NCBI GenBank assembly: GCA_043228905.1
Contig: JBHGNT010000026.1
Location: 372,001 to 436,000, forward strand
DNA length: 64,000 nucleotides
Direction of reading: 5' to 3'
DNA from: Azolla caroliniana
Taxonomy: Eukaryota; Plantae; Polypodiophyta
Part shown: positions 26,697 through 39,670 of the stretch, one piece after another
Numbering within the stretch: the first letter of the stretch is position 1
Layout of the letters: each line of letters opens with the position of its first letter
The notes under the pieces: generated by a model
What the model was told of the DNA's origin: nothing
What the model saw: the letters and a program-made list of their open reading frames with translations, nothing else
The model's database searches: none
Program-made: the position numbers and the translations under genes

Positions 26697-29600
26697 CTCG
26701 TGTGATATCGGATTTTTGTGTTCAAACATGCGAATCGAAGCTAACAACGCTAGCTATGATATGGAATAAAAAAATCAAGATTTTCAAACTCAGGTCGAGA
26801 GACATGACGAAATTACCAAATTTGAGGAGTGAGTTGAGAGGAGCCCTTGAGTAAATTAAAATGGTCATACCTAGCGAGTGTGATATCGGATTTTTGTGTA
26901 CAAACATGCGAATCGAAGCTAACAATGCTAGCTATGATATGGAATTAAAAAATCAAGATTTTGAAACTCAGGTCGAGAGACATGACGAAATTACCAAATT
27001 TGAGGAGGGGGTTGAGAGGGGCCTTTGAGTAAATTAAAATGTTCATACCTAGCTCGTGTGATATCGGATTTTTGTGTTCAAACATGCGAATCGAAGCTAA
27101 CAACGCTAGCTATGATATGGAGTAAAAAAAACAAGATTTTGAAACTCAGGTCGAGAGACATGACGAAATTACCAAATTTGAGGAGTGAGTTGAGAGGAGC
27201 CCTTGAGTAAATTAAAATGGTCATACCTAGCGAGTGTGATATCGGATTTTTGTGTACAAACATGCGAATCGAAGCTAACAACGCTAGCTACGACATGGAA
27301 TAAAAAAAAAGAAGATTTTGAAACTCAGGTCAAGAGACATGACGAAATTAGCAAATTTGAGGAGTGAGTTGAGAGGAGCCCTTGACTAAATTAAAATGTT
27401 CATACCTAGCTCGTGTGATATCGGATTTTTGTGTACAAACATGCGAATCGAAGCTAAAAACGCTAGCTATGATATGGAATTAAAAAATCAAGATTTTGAA
27501 ACTCAGGTCGAGAGACATGACGAAATTACCAAATTTGAGGAGGGAGTTGAGAGGGGCCCTTGAGTAAATTAATATGTTCATACCTAGCTCGTGTGATATC
27601 GGATTTTTGTGTTCGAACATGCGAATCGAAGCTAACAATGCTAGCTATGATATGGAATTAAAAAATCAAGATTTTGAAACTCAGGTCGAGAGACATGAAG
27701 AAATTACCAAATTTGAGGAGGGAGTTAAGAAGAGCTATTAGGTAAATTACAATGTTCATACCTGGCTCGTGTGATATCGGATTTTTGTGTTCAAACATTG
27801 GAATCGAAGCTAACAACGCTAGCTATGATATAGAATTAAAAAATCAAGATTTTGAAACTCAGGTCGAGAGACATGACGAAATTACCAAATTTGAGGAGTG
27901 AGTTAAGAAGAGCTATTAGGTAAATTATAATGTTCATACCTGGCTCGTGTGATATCGGATTTCTGTGTTCAAACATGCGAATCGAAGCTAATAACGCTAG
28001 CTATGATATGGAATTAAAAAATCAATATTTTGAAACTCAGGTCGAGAGACATGACGAAATTAGCAAATTTGAGGAGTGAGTTGAGATGAGCCCTTGAGTA
28101 AATTAAAATGTTCATACATAGCGAGTGTGATATCGGATTTTTGTGTACAAACATGCGAATCGAAGCTAACAACGCTTGCTATGATATGGAATTAAAACAT
28201 CAAGATTTTAAAACTCAGGTCGAGAGACATGACGAAATTACCAAATTTGAGGAGTGAGTTGAGAGGAGCCCTTGAGTAAATTATAATGTTCATACCTGGT
28301 TCGTGTGATATCGGATTTTTGTGTTCAAACATGCGAATCGAAGCTAATAACGCTAGCTATGATATGGAATTAAAAAATCAAGATTTTGCAACTCAAGTCA
28401 AGAGACATGAAGAAATTACCAAATTTGAGGAGTGAGGTTGGAAGAGCGCGTGAGTGAATTAAAATGTTCATACCTGGCTCGTGTGATATCGGATTTTTGT
28501 GTTCAAACATGCGAATCGAAGCTAACAACGCTAGCTATGATATGGAATAAAAAAATCAAGATTTTCAAACTCAGGTCGAGAGACATGACGAAATTACCAA
28601 ATTTGAGGAGTGAGTTGAGAGGAGCCCTTGAGTAAATTAAAATGGTCATACCTAGCGAGTGTGATATCGGATTTTTGTGTACAAACATGCGAATCGAAGC
28701 TAACAATGCTAGCTATGATATGGAATTAAAAAATCAAGATTTTGAAACTCAGGTCGAGAGACATGACGAAATTACCAAATTTGAGGAGGGGGTTGAGAGG
28801 GGCCTTTGAGTAAATTAAAATGTTCATACCTAGCTCGTGTGATATCGGATTTTTGTGTTCAAACATGCGAATCGAAGCTAACAACGCTAGCTATGATATG
28901 GAGTAAAAAAAACAAGATTTTGAAACTCAGGTCGAGAGACATGACGAAATTACCAAATTTGAGGAGTGAGTTGAGAGGAGCCCTTGAGTAAATTAAAATG
29001 GTCATACCTAGCGAGTGTGATATCGGATTTTTGTGTACAAACATGCGAATCGAAGCTAACAACGCTAGCTACGACATGGAATAAAAAAAAAGAAGATTTT
29101 GAAACTCAGGTCAAGAGACATGACGAAATTAGCAAATTTGAGGAGTGAGTTGAGAGGAGCCCTTGACTAAATTAAAATGTTCATACCTAGCTCGTGTGAT
29201 ATCGGATTTTTGTGTACAAACATGCGAATCGAAGCTAAAAACGCTAGCTATGATATGGAATTAAAAAATCAAGATTTTGAAACTCAGGTCGAGAGACATG
29301 ACGAAATTACCAAATTTGAGGAGGGAGTTGAGAGGGGCCCTTGAGTAAATTAATATGTTCATACCTAGCTCGTGTGATATCGGATTTTTGTGTTCAAACA
29401 TGCGAATCGAAGCTAACAATGCTAGCTATGATATGGAATTAAAAAATCAAGATTTTGAAACTCAGGTCGAGAGACATGAAGAAATTACCAAATTTGAGGA
29501 GGGAGTTAAGAAGAGCTATTAGGTAAATTACAATGTTCATACCTGGCTCGTGTGATATCGGATTTTTGTGTTCAAACATTGGAATCGAAGCTAACAACGC

Positions 29601-30439
29601 TAGCTATGATATAGAATTAAAAAATCAAGATTTTGAAACTCAGGTCGAGAGACATGACGAAATTACCAAATTTGAGGAGTGAGTTAAGAAGAGCTATTAG
29701 GTAAATTATAATGTTCATACCTGGCTCGTGTGATATCGGATTTCTGTGTTCAAACATGCGAATCGAAGCTAATAACGCTAGCTATGATATGGAATTAAAA
29801 AATCAATATTTTGAAACTCAGGTCGAGAGACATGACGAAATTAGCAAATTTGAGGAGTGAGTTGAGATGAGCCCTTGAGTAAATTAAAATGTTCATACAT
29901 AGCGAGTGTGATATCGGATTTTTGTGTACAAACATGCGAATCGAAGCTAACAACGCTTGCTATGATATGGAATTAAAACATCAAGATTTTAAAACTCAGG
30001 TCGAGAGACATGACGAAATTACCAAATTTGAGGAGTGAGTTGAGAGGAGCCCTTGAGTAAATTATAATGTTCATACCTGGTTCGTGTGATATCGGATTTT
30101 TGTGTTCAAACATGCGAATCGAAGCTAATAACGCTAGCTATGATATGGAATTAAAAAATCAAGATTTTGCAACTCAAGTCAAGAGACATGAAGAAATTAC
30201 CAAATTTGAGGAGTGAGGTTGGAAGAGCGCGTGAGTGAATTAAAATGTTCATACCTGGCTCGTGTGATATCGGATTTTTGTGTTCAAACATGCGAATCGA
30301 AGCTAACAACGCTAGCTATGATATGGAATAAAAAAATCAAGATTTTCAAACTCAGGTCGAGAGACATGACGAAATTACCAAATTTGAGGAGTGAGTTGAG
30401 AGGAGCCCTTGAGTAAATTAAAATGGTCATACCTAGCGA

Positions 30440-33400
30440 GTGTGATATCGGATTTTTGTGTTCAAACATGCGAATCGAAGCTAACAACGCTAGCTATGAT
30501 ATGGAGTAAAAAAAACAAGATTTTGAAACTCAGGTCGAGAGACATGACGAAATTACCAAATTTGAGGAGTGAGTTGAGAGGAGCCCTTGAGTAAATTAAA
30601 ATGGTCATACCTAGCGATTGTGATATCGGATTTTTGTGTACAAACATGCGAATCGAAGCTAACAACGCTAGCTATGATATGGAATTAAAAAATCAAGATT
30701 TTGAAACTTACGTCGAGAGATATGACGAAATTAGCAAATTTGAGGAGTGAGTTGAGAGGAGCCCTTGAGTAAATTAAAATGGTCATACCTAGCGAGTGTG
30801 ATATCGGATTTTTGTGTTCAAACATGCGAATCTAAGCTAACAACGCTAGCTATGATATGGAATTAAAAAATCAAGATTTTGAAACTCAGGTCGAGAGACA
30901 TGACGAAATTACCAAATTTGAGGAGCGAGTTAAGAAGAGCTATTAGGTACATTACAATGTTCATACCTGGCTCGTGTGATATCGGTTTTTTGTGTTCAAA
31001 CATGCGAATCGAAGCTAACAATGCTAGCTATGATATGGAATTAAAAAATCAAGATTTTGAAACTCAGGTCGAGAGACATGACGAAATTTCCAAATTTCAG
31101 GAGGGAGTTGAGAAGAGCTAGTAGGTAAATTATAATGTTCATACCTGGTTCGTGTGATATCGGATTTTTTTGTTCAAACATTCGAATCGAAGCTAACAAC
31201 GCTAGCTATGATATGGAATTACAAAATCAAGATTTTGAAACTCCAGTCGAGAGACATGATGAAATTACCAAATTTGAGGAGTGACGTTGGAAGAGCGCGT
31301 GAGTGAATTAAAATGTTCATACCTCGCTCGTGTGATATCGGATTTTTGTGTTCAAACATGCAAATCGAAGCTAACAACGCTAGCTATGATATGGAATAAA
31401 AAAAACAAGATTTTGAAACTCAGGTCAAGAGACATGACGAAATTAGCAAATTTGAGGAGTGAGTTGAGAGGAGCCCTTGAGTAAAGTAAAATGTTCATAC
31501 CTAGCGAGTGTGATATCGGCTTTTTGTGTACAAACATGCGAATCGAAGCTAACAACGCTAGCTATGATATGGAATTAAAAAATCAAGACTTTGAAACTCA
31601 GGTCGAGAGACATGACGAAATTACCAAATTTGAGGAGTGAGTTGAGAGGAGCCCTTGAGTAAATTATAATGTTCATACCTGGTTCGTGTGATATCGGATT
31701 TTTGTGTTCAAACATGCGAATCGAAGCTAACAACGCTAGGTATGATATGGAATAAAAAAAACAAGATTTTGAAACTCAGGTCGAGAGACATGACGAAATT
31801 ACTAAATTTGACGAGGGAGTTGAGAGGAGCCCTTACCTGGCTCGTGTGATATCGGATTTTTGTGTACAAACATGCGAATCGAAGCTAACAACGCTAGCTA
31901 CGACATGGAATAAAAAAAAAGAAGATTTTGAAACTCAGGTCAAGAGACATGACGAAATTAGCAAATTTGAGGAGTGAGTTGAGAGGAGCCCTTGACTAAA
32001 TTAAAATGTTCATACCTAGCTCGTGTGATATCGGATTTTTGTGTACAAACATGCGAATCGAAGCTAAAAACGCTAGCTATGATATGGAATTAAAAAATCA
32101 AGATTTTGAAACTCAGGTCGAGAGACATGACGAAATTACCAAATTTGAGGAGGGAGTTGAGAGGGGCCCTTGAGTAAATTAATATGTTCATACCTAGCTC
32201 GTGTGATATCGGATTTTTGTGTTCAAACATGCGAATCGAAGCTAACAATGCTAGCTATGATATGGAATTAAAAAATCAAGATTTTGAAACTCAGGTCGAG
32301 AGACATGAAGAAATTACCAAATTTGAGGAGGGAGTTAAGAAGAGCTATTAGGTAAATTACAATGTTCATACCTGGCTCGTGTGATATCGGATTTTTGTGT
32401 TCAAACATGCGAATCGAAGCTAACAACGCTAGCTATGATATAGAATTAAAAAATCAAGATTTTGAAACTCAGGTCGAGAGACATGACGAAATTACCAAAT
32501 TTGAGGAGTGAGTTAAGAAGAGCTATTAGGTAAATTATAATGTTCATACCTGGCTCGTGTGATATCGGATTTCTATGTTCAAACATGCGAATCGAAGCTA
32601 ATAACGCTAGCTATGATATGGAATTAAAAAATCAATATTTTGAAACTCAGGTCGAGAGACATGACGAAATTAGCAAATTTGAGGAGTGAGTTGAGATGAG
32701 CCCTTGAGTAAATTAAAATGTTCATACATAGCGAGTGTGATATCGGATTTTTGTGTACAAACATGCGAATCGAAGCTAACAACGCTAGCTATGATATGGA
32801 ATTAAAAAATCAAGATTTTGAAACTCAGGTCGAGAGACATGACGAAATTACCAAATTTGAGGAGTGAGTTGAGAGGAGCCCTTGAGTAAATTATAATGTT
32901 CATACCTGGTTCGTGTGATATCGGATTTTTGTGTTCAAACATGCGAATCGAAGCTAATAACGCTAGCTATGATATGGAATTAAAAAATCAAGATTTTGCA
33001 ACTCAAGTCAAGAGACATGAAGAAATTACCAAATTTGAGGAGTGAGGTTGGAAGAGCGCGTGAGTGAATTAAAATGTTCATACCTAGCTCGTGTGATATC
33101 GGATTTTTGTGTTCAAACATGCGAATCGAAGCTAACAACGCTAGCTATGATATGGAATAAAAAAATCAAGATTTTCAAACTCAGGTCGAGAGACATGACG
33201 AAATTACCAAATTTGAGGAGTGAGTTGAGAGGAGCCCTTGAGTAAATTAAAATGGTCATACCTAGCGAGTGTGATATCGGATTTTTGTGTACAAACATGC
33301 GAATCGAAGCTAACAATGCTAGCTATGATATGGAATTAAAAAATCAAGATTTTGAAACTCAGGTCGAGAGACATGACGAAATTACCAAATTTGAGGAGGG

Positions 33401-36400
33401 GGTTGAGAGGGGCCTTTGAGTAAATTAAAATGTTCATACCTAGCTCGTGTGATATCGGATTTTTGTGTTCAAACATGCGAATCGAAGCTAACAACGCTAG
33501 CTATGATATGGAGTAAAAAAAACAAGATTTTGAAACTCAGGTCGAGAGACATGACGAAATTACCAAATTTGAGGAGTGAGTTGAGAGGAGCCCTTGAGTA
33601 AATTAAAATGGTCATACCTAGCGAGTGTGATATCGGATTTTTGTGTACAAACATGCGAATCGAAGCTAACAACGCTAGCTACGACATGGAATAAAAAAAA
33701 AGAAGATTTTGAAACTCAGGTCAAGAGACATGACGAAATTAGCAAATTTGAGGAGTGAGTTGAGAGGAGCCCTTGACTAAATTAAAATGTTCATACCTAG
33801 CTCGTGTGATATCGGATTTTTGTGTACAAACATGCGAATCGAAGCTAAAAACGCTAGCTATGATATGGAATTAAAAAATCAAGATTTTGAAACTCAGGTC
33901 GAGAGACATGACGAAATTACCAAATTTGAGGAGGGAGTTGAGAGGGGCCCTTGAGTAAATTAATATGTTCATACCTAGCTCGTGTGATATCGGATTTTTG
34001 TGTTCAAACATGCGAATCGAAGCTAACAATGCTAGCTATGATATGGAATTAAAAAATCAAGATTTTGAAACTCAGGTCGAGAGACATGAAGAAATTACCA
34101 AATTTGAGGAGGGAGTTAAGAAGAGCTATTAGGTAAATTACAATGTTCATACCTGGCTCGTGTGATATCGGATTTTTGTGTTCAAACATTGGAATCGAAG
34201 CTAACAACGCTAGCTATGATATAGAATTAAAAAATCAAGATTTTGAAACTCAGGTCGAGAGACATGACGAAATTACCAAATTTGAGGAGTGAGTTAAGAA
34301 GAGCTATTAGGTAAATTATAATGTTCATACCTGGCTCGTGTGATATCGGATTTCTGTGTTCAAACATGCGAATCGAAGCTAATAACGCTAGCTATGATAT
34401 GGAATTAAAAAATCAATATTTTGAAACTCAGGTCGAGAGACATGACGAAATTAGCAAATTTGAGGAGTGAGTTGAGATGAGCCCTTGAGTAAATTAAAAT
34501 GTTCATACATAGCGAGTGTGATATCGGATTTTTGTGTACAAACATGCGAATCGAAGCTAACAACGCTTGCTATGATATGGAATTAAAACATCAAGATTTT
34601 AAAACTCAGGTCGAGAGACATGACGAAATTACCAAATTTGAGGAGTGAGTTGAGAGGAGCCCTTGAGTAAATTATAATGTTCATACCTGGTTCGTGTGAT
34701 ATCGGATTTTTGTGTTCAAACATGCGAATCGAAGCTAATAACGCTAGCTATGATATGGAATTAAAAAATCAAGATTTTGCAACTCAAGTCAAGAGACATG
34801 AAGAAATTACCAAATTTGAGGAGTGAGGTTGGAAGAGCGCGTGAGTGAATTAAAATGTTCATACCTGGCTCGTGTGATATCGGATTTTTGTGTTCAAACA
34901 TGCGAATCGAAGCTAACAACGCTAGCTATGATATGGAATAAAAAAATCAAGATTTTCAAACTCAGGTCGAGAGACATGACGAAATTACCAAATTTGAGGA
35001 GTGAGTTGAGAGGAGCCCTTGAGTAAATTAAAATGGTCATACCTAGCGAGTGTGATATCGGATTTTTGTGTACAAACATGCGAATCGAAGCTAACAATGC
35101 TAGCTATGATATGGAATTAAAAAATCAAGATTTTGAAACTCAGGTCGAGAGACATGACGAAATTACCAAATTTGAGGAGGGGGTTGAGAGGGGCCTTTGA
35201 GTAAATTAAAATGTTCATACCTAGCTCGTGTGATATCGGATTTTTGTGTTCAAACATGCGAATCGAAGCTAACAACGCTAGCTATGATATGGAGTAAAAA
35301 AAACAAGATTTTGAAACTCAGGTCGAGAGACATGACGAAATTACCAAATTTGAGGAGTGAGTTGAGAGGAGCCCTTGAGTAAATTAAAATGGTCATACCT
35401 AGCGAGTGTGATATCGGATTTTTGTGTACAAACATGCGAATCGAAGCTAACAACGCTAGCTACGACATGGAATAAAAAAAAAGAAGATTTTGAAACTCAG
35501 GTCAAGAGACATGACGAAATTAGCAAATTTGAGGAGTGAGTTGAGAGGAGCCCTTGACTAAATTAAAATGTTCATACCTAGCTCGTGTGATATCGGATTT
35601 TTGTGTACAAACATGCGAATCGAAGCTAACAACGCTAGCTATGATATGGAATTAAAAAATCAAGACTTTGAAACTCAGGTCAAGAGACATGACGAAATTA
35701 CTAAATTTGAGGAGGGAGTTGAGAGGGGCCCTTGAGTAAATTAAAATGGTCATACCTAGCTCGTGTGATATCGGATTTTTGTGTTCAAACATGCGAATCG
35801 AAGCTAACAACGCTAGCTACGACATGGAATAAAAAAAAACAAGATTTTGAAACTCAGATCAAGAGACATGACGAAATTAGCAAATTTGAGGAGTGAGTTG
35901 AGAGGAGCCCTTGACTAAATTAAAATGTTCATACATAGCGAGTGTGATATCGGATTTTTGTGTACAAACATGCGAATCGAAGCTAACAACGCTAGCTACG
36001 ACATGGAATAAAAAAAAAGAAGATTTTGAAACTCAGGTCAAGAGACATGACGAAATTAGCAAATTTGAGGAGTGAGTTGAGAGGAGCCCTTGACTAAATT
36101 AAAATGTTCATACCTAGCTCGTGTGATATCGGATTTTTGTGTACAAACATGCGAATCGAAGCTAAAAACGCTAGCTATGATATGGAATTAAAAAATCAAG
36201 ATTTTGAAACTCAGGTCGAGAGACATGACGAAATTACCAAATTTGAGGAGGGAGTTGAGAGGGGCCCTTGAGTAAATTAATATGTTCATACCTAGCTCGT
36301 GTGATATCGGATTTTTGTGTTCAAACATGCGAATCGAAGCTAACAATGCTAGCTATGATATGGAATTAAAAAATCAAGATTTTGAAACTCAGGTCGAGAG

Positions 36401-36530
36401 ACATGAAGAAATTACCAAATTTGAGGAGGGAGTTAAGAAGAGCTATTAGGTAAATTACAATGTTCATACCTGGCTCGTGTGATATCGGATTTTTGTGTTC
36501 AAACATTGGAATCGAAGCTAACAACGCTAG
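30440..36530. repeat. About 6.1-kb block, copy 2 of 15195-21285
   Basis: Constant 15,245 offset of ORFs and private variants. The match breaks at CTAGCTATG (21286) vs CTAGGTATG (36531). Confidence 0.92.
31826..31845. other. 20-bp deletion monomer, copy 2
   Basis: GGAGCCCTTACCTGG, preceded by the same private TTTGACGAGGG variant as copy 1, at offset 15,245. Confidence 0.95.
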
Positions 36531-37875
36531 GTATGATATAGAATTAAAAAATCAAGATTTTGAAACTCAGGTCGAGAGACATGACGAAATTACCAAATTT
36601 GAGGAGTGAGTTAAGAAGAGCTATTAGGTAAATTATAATGTTCATACCTGGCTCGTGTGATATCGGATTTTTGTGTTCAAACATGCGAATCGAAGCTAAT
36701 AACGCTAGCTATGATATGGAATTAAAAAATCAATATTTTGAAACTCAGGTCGAGAGACATGACGAAATTAGCAAATTTGAGGAGTGAGTTGAGATGAGCC
36801 CTTGAGTAAATTAAAATGTTCATACATAGCGAGTGTGATATCGGATTTTTGTGTACAAACATGCGAATCGAAGCTAACAACGCTAGCTATGATATGGAAT
36901 AAAAAAATCAAGATTTTCAAACTCAGGTCGAGAGACATGACGAAATTACCAAATTTGAGGAGTGAGTTGAGAGGAGCCCTTGAGTAAATTAAAATGGTCA
37001 TACCTAGCGAGTGTGATATCGGATTTTTGTGTTCAAACATGCGAATCTAAGCTAACAACGCTAGCTATGATATGGAATTAAAAAATCAAGATTTTGAAAC
37101 TCAGGTCGAGAGACATGACGAAATTACCAAATTTGAGGAGCGAGTTAAGAAGAGCTATTAGGTACATTACAATGTTCATACCTGGCTCGTGTGATATCGG
37201 TTTTTTGTGTTCAAACATGCGAATCGAAGCTAACAATGCTAGCTATGATATGGAATTAAAAAATCAAGATTTTGAAACTCAGGTCGAGAGACATGACGAA
37301 ATTACCAAATTTGAGGAGGGAGTTGAGAGGGGCCCTTGAGTAAATTAATATGTTCATACCTAGCTCGTGTGATATCGGATTTTTGTGTTCAAACATGCGA
37401 ATCGAAGCTAACAACGCTAGCTATGATATGGAATTAAAAAATCAAGATTTTGAAACTCAGGTCGAGAGACATGACGAAATTACCAAATTTGAGGAGGGAG
37501 TTGAGAGGAGCCCTTGAGTAAATTAAAATGGTCATACCTAGAGAGTGTGATATCGGATTTTTGTGTTCAAACATTGGAATCGAAGCTAACAACGCTAGGT
37601 ATGATATAGAATTAAAAAATCAAGATTTTGAAACTCAGGTCGAGAGACATGACAAAATTACCAAATTTGAGGAGTGAGTTAAGAAGAGCTATTAGGTAAA
37701 TTATAATGTTCATACCTGGCTCGTGTGATATCGGATTTCTGTGTTCAAACATGCGAATCGAAGCTAATAACGCTAGCTATGATATGGAATTAAAAAATCA
37801 ATATTTTGAAACTCAGGTCGAGAGACATGACGAAATTAGCAAATTTGAGGAGTGAGTTGAGATGAGCCCTTGAGT

Positions 37876-39670
37876 AAATTAAAATGTTCATACATAGCGA
37901 GTGTGATATCGGATTTTTGTGTACAAACATGCGAATCGAAGCTAACAACGCTAGCTATGATATGGAATTAAAAAATCAAGATTTTGAAACTCAGGTCGAG
38001 AGACATGACGAAATTACCAAATTTGAGGAGTGAGTTGAGAGGAGCCCTTGAGTAAATTATAATGTTCATACCTGGTTCGTGTGATATCGGATTTTTGTGT
38101 TCAAACATGCGAATCGAAGCTAATAACGCTAGCTATGATATGGAATTAAAAAATCAAGATTTTGCAACTCAAGTCAAGAGACATGAAGAAATTACCAAAT
38201 TTGAGGAGTGAGGTTGGAAGAGCGCGTGAGTGAATTAAAATGTTCATACCTGGCTCGTGTGATATCGGATTTTTGTGTTCAAACATGCGAATCGAAGCTA
38301 ACAACGCTAGCTATGATATGGAATAAAAAAAACAAGATTTTCAAACTCAGGTCAAGAGACATGACGAAATTAGCAAATTTGAGGAGTGAGTTGAGAGGAG
38401 CCCTTGAGTAAATTAAAATGGTCATACCTAGAGAGTGTGATATCGGATTTTTGTGTACAAACATGCGAATCGAAGCTAACAACGCTAGCTATGATATGGA
38501 ATTAAAAAATCAAGACTTTGAAACTCAGGTCAAGAGACATGACGAAATTACTAAATTTGAGGAGGGAGTTGAGAGGGGCCCTTGAGTAAATTAAAATGGT
38601 CATACCTAGCTCGTGTGATATCGGATTTTTGTGTTCAAACATGCGAATCGAAGCTAACAACGCTAGCTACGACATGGAATAAAAAAAAACAAGATTTTGA
38701 AACTCAGATCAAGAGACATGACGAAATTAGCAAATTTGAGGAGTGAGTTGAGAGGAGCCCTTGACTAAATTAAAATGTTCATACATAGCGAGTGTGATAT
38801 CGGATTTTTGTGTACAAACATGCGAATCGAAGCTAACAACGCTAGCTATGATATGGAATTAAAAAATCAAGATTTTGAAACTCAGGTCGAGAGACATGAC
38901 GAAATTACCAAATTTGAGGAGTGAGTTGAGAGGAGCCCTTGAGTAAATTATAATGTTCATACCTGGTTCGTGTGATATCGGATTTTTGTGTTCAAACATG
39001 CGAATCGAAGCTAATAACGCTAGCTATGATATGGAATTAAAAAATCAAGATTTTGCAACTCAAGTCAAGAGACATGAAGAAATTACCAAATTTGAGGAGT
39101 GAGGTTGGAAGAGCGCGTGAGTGAATTAAAATGTTCATACCTGGCTCGTGTGATATCGGATTTTTGTGTTCAAACATGCGAATCGAAGCTAACAACGCTA
39201 GCTATGATATGGAATAAAAAAAACAAGATTTTCAAACTGAGGTCAAGAGACATGACGAAATTAGCAAATTTGAGGAGTGAGTTGAGAGGAGCCCTTGAGT
39301 AAATTAAAATGGTCAGACCTAGAGAGTGTGATATCGGATTTTTGTGTACAAGCATGCGAATCGAAGCTAACAACGCTAGCTATGATATGGAATTAAAAAA
39401 TCAAGACTTTGAAACTCAGGTCAAGAGACATGACGAAATTACTAAATTTGAGGAGGGAGTTGAAAGGGGCCCTTGAGTAAATTAAAATGGTCATACCTAG
39501 CTCGTGTGATATCGGATTTTTGTGTTCAAACATGCGAATCGAAGCTAACAACGCTAGCTACGACATGGAATAAAAAAAAAGAAGATTTTGAAACTCAGGT
39601 CAAGAGACATGACGAAATTAGCAAATTTGAGGAGTGAGTTGAGAGGAGCCCTTGACTAAATTAAAATGTT
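37876..39670. repeat. 5-monomer (891 bp) tandem doublet
   Basis: Identical plus-strand ORFs at 38208/39099 (891 = 5x178+1), with several SNPs between copies. Confidence 0.8.

Larger units (their letters stand above)
17308..26715. repeat. 4,694-bp (26-monomer) tandem duplication
   Basis: ORF offsets 17797 to 22491 and 19578 to 24272 equal 4694 = 26x178+62+4. The TTTCTATGTTC marker is at 17330/22024 and the 62-bp insertion at 21941/26635. Confidence 0.92.
16600..36530. repeat. Domain dominated by a 10-monomer (1781 bp) higher-order repeat
   Basis: ORF offsets 17797 to 19578, 22491 to 24272, 26722 to 28503 to 30284, and 33042 to 34823 all equal 1781 = 10x178+1, where one monomer has an extra A. 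Marker AACGCTTGCT...AAAACATCAAGATTTTAAAA occurs near 19320, 24015, 28175, 29955 and 34565. Confidence 0.9.
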
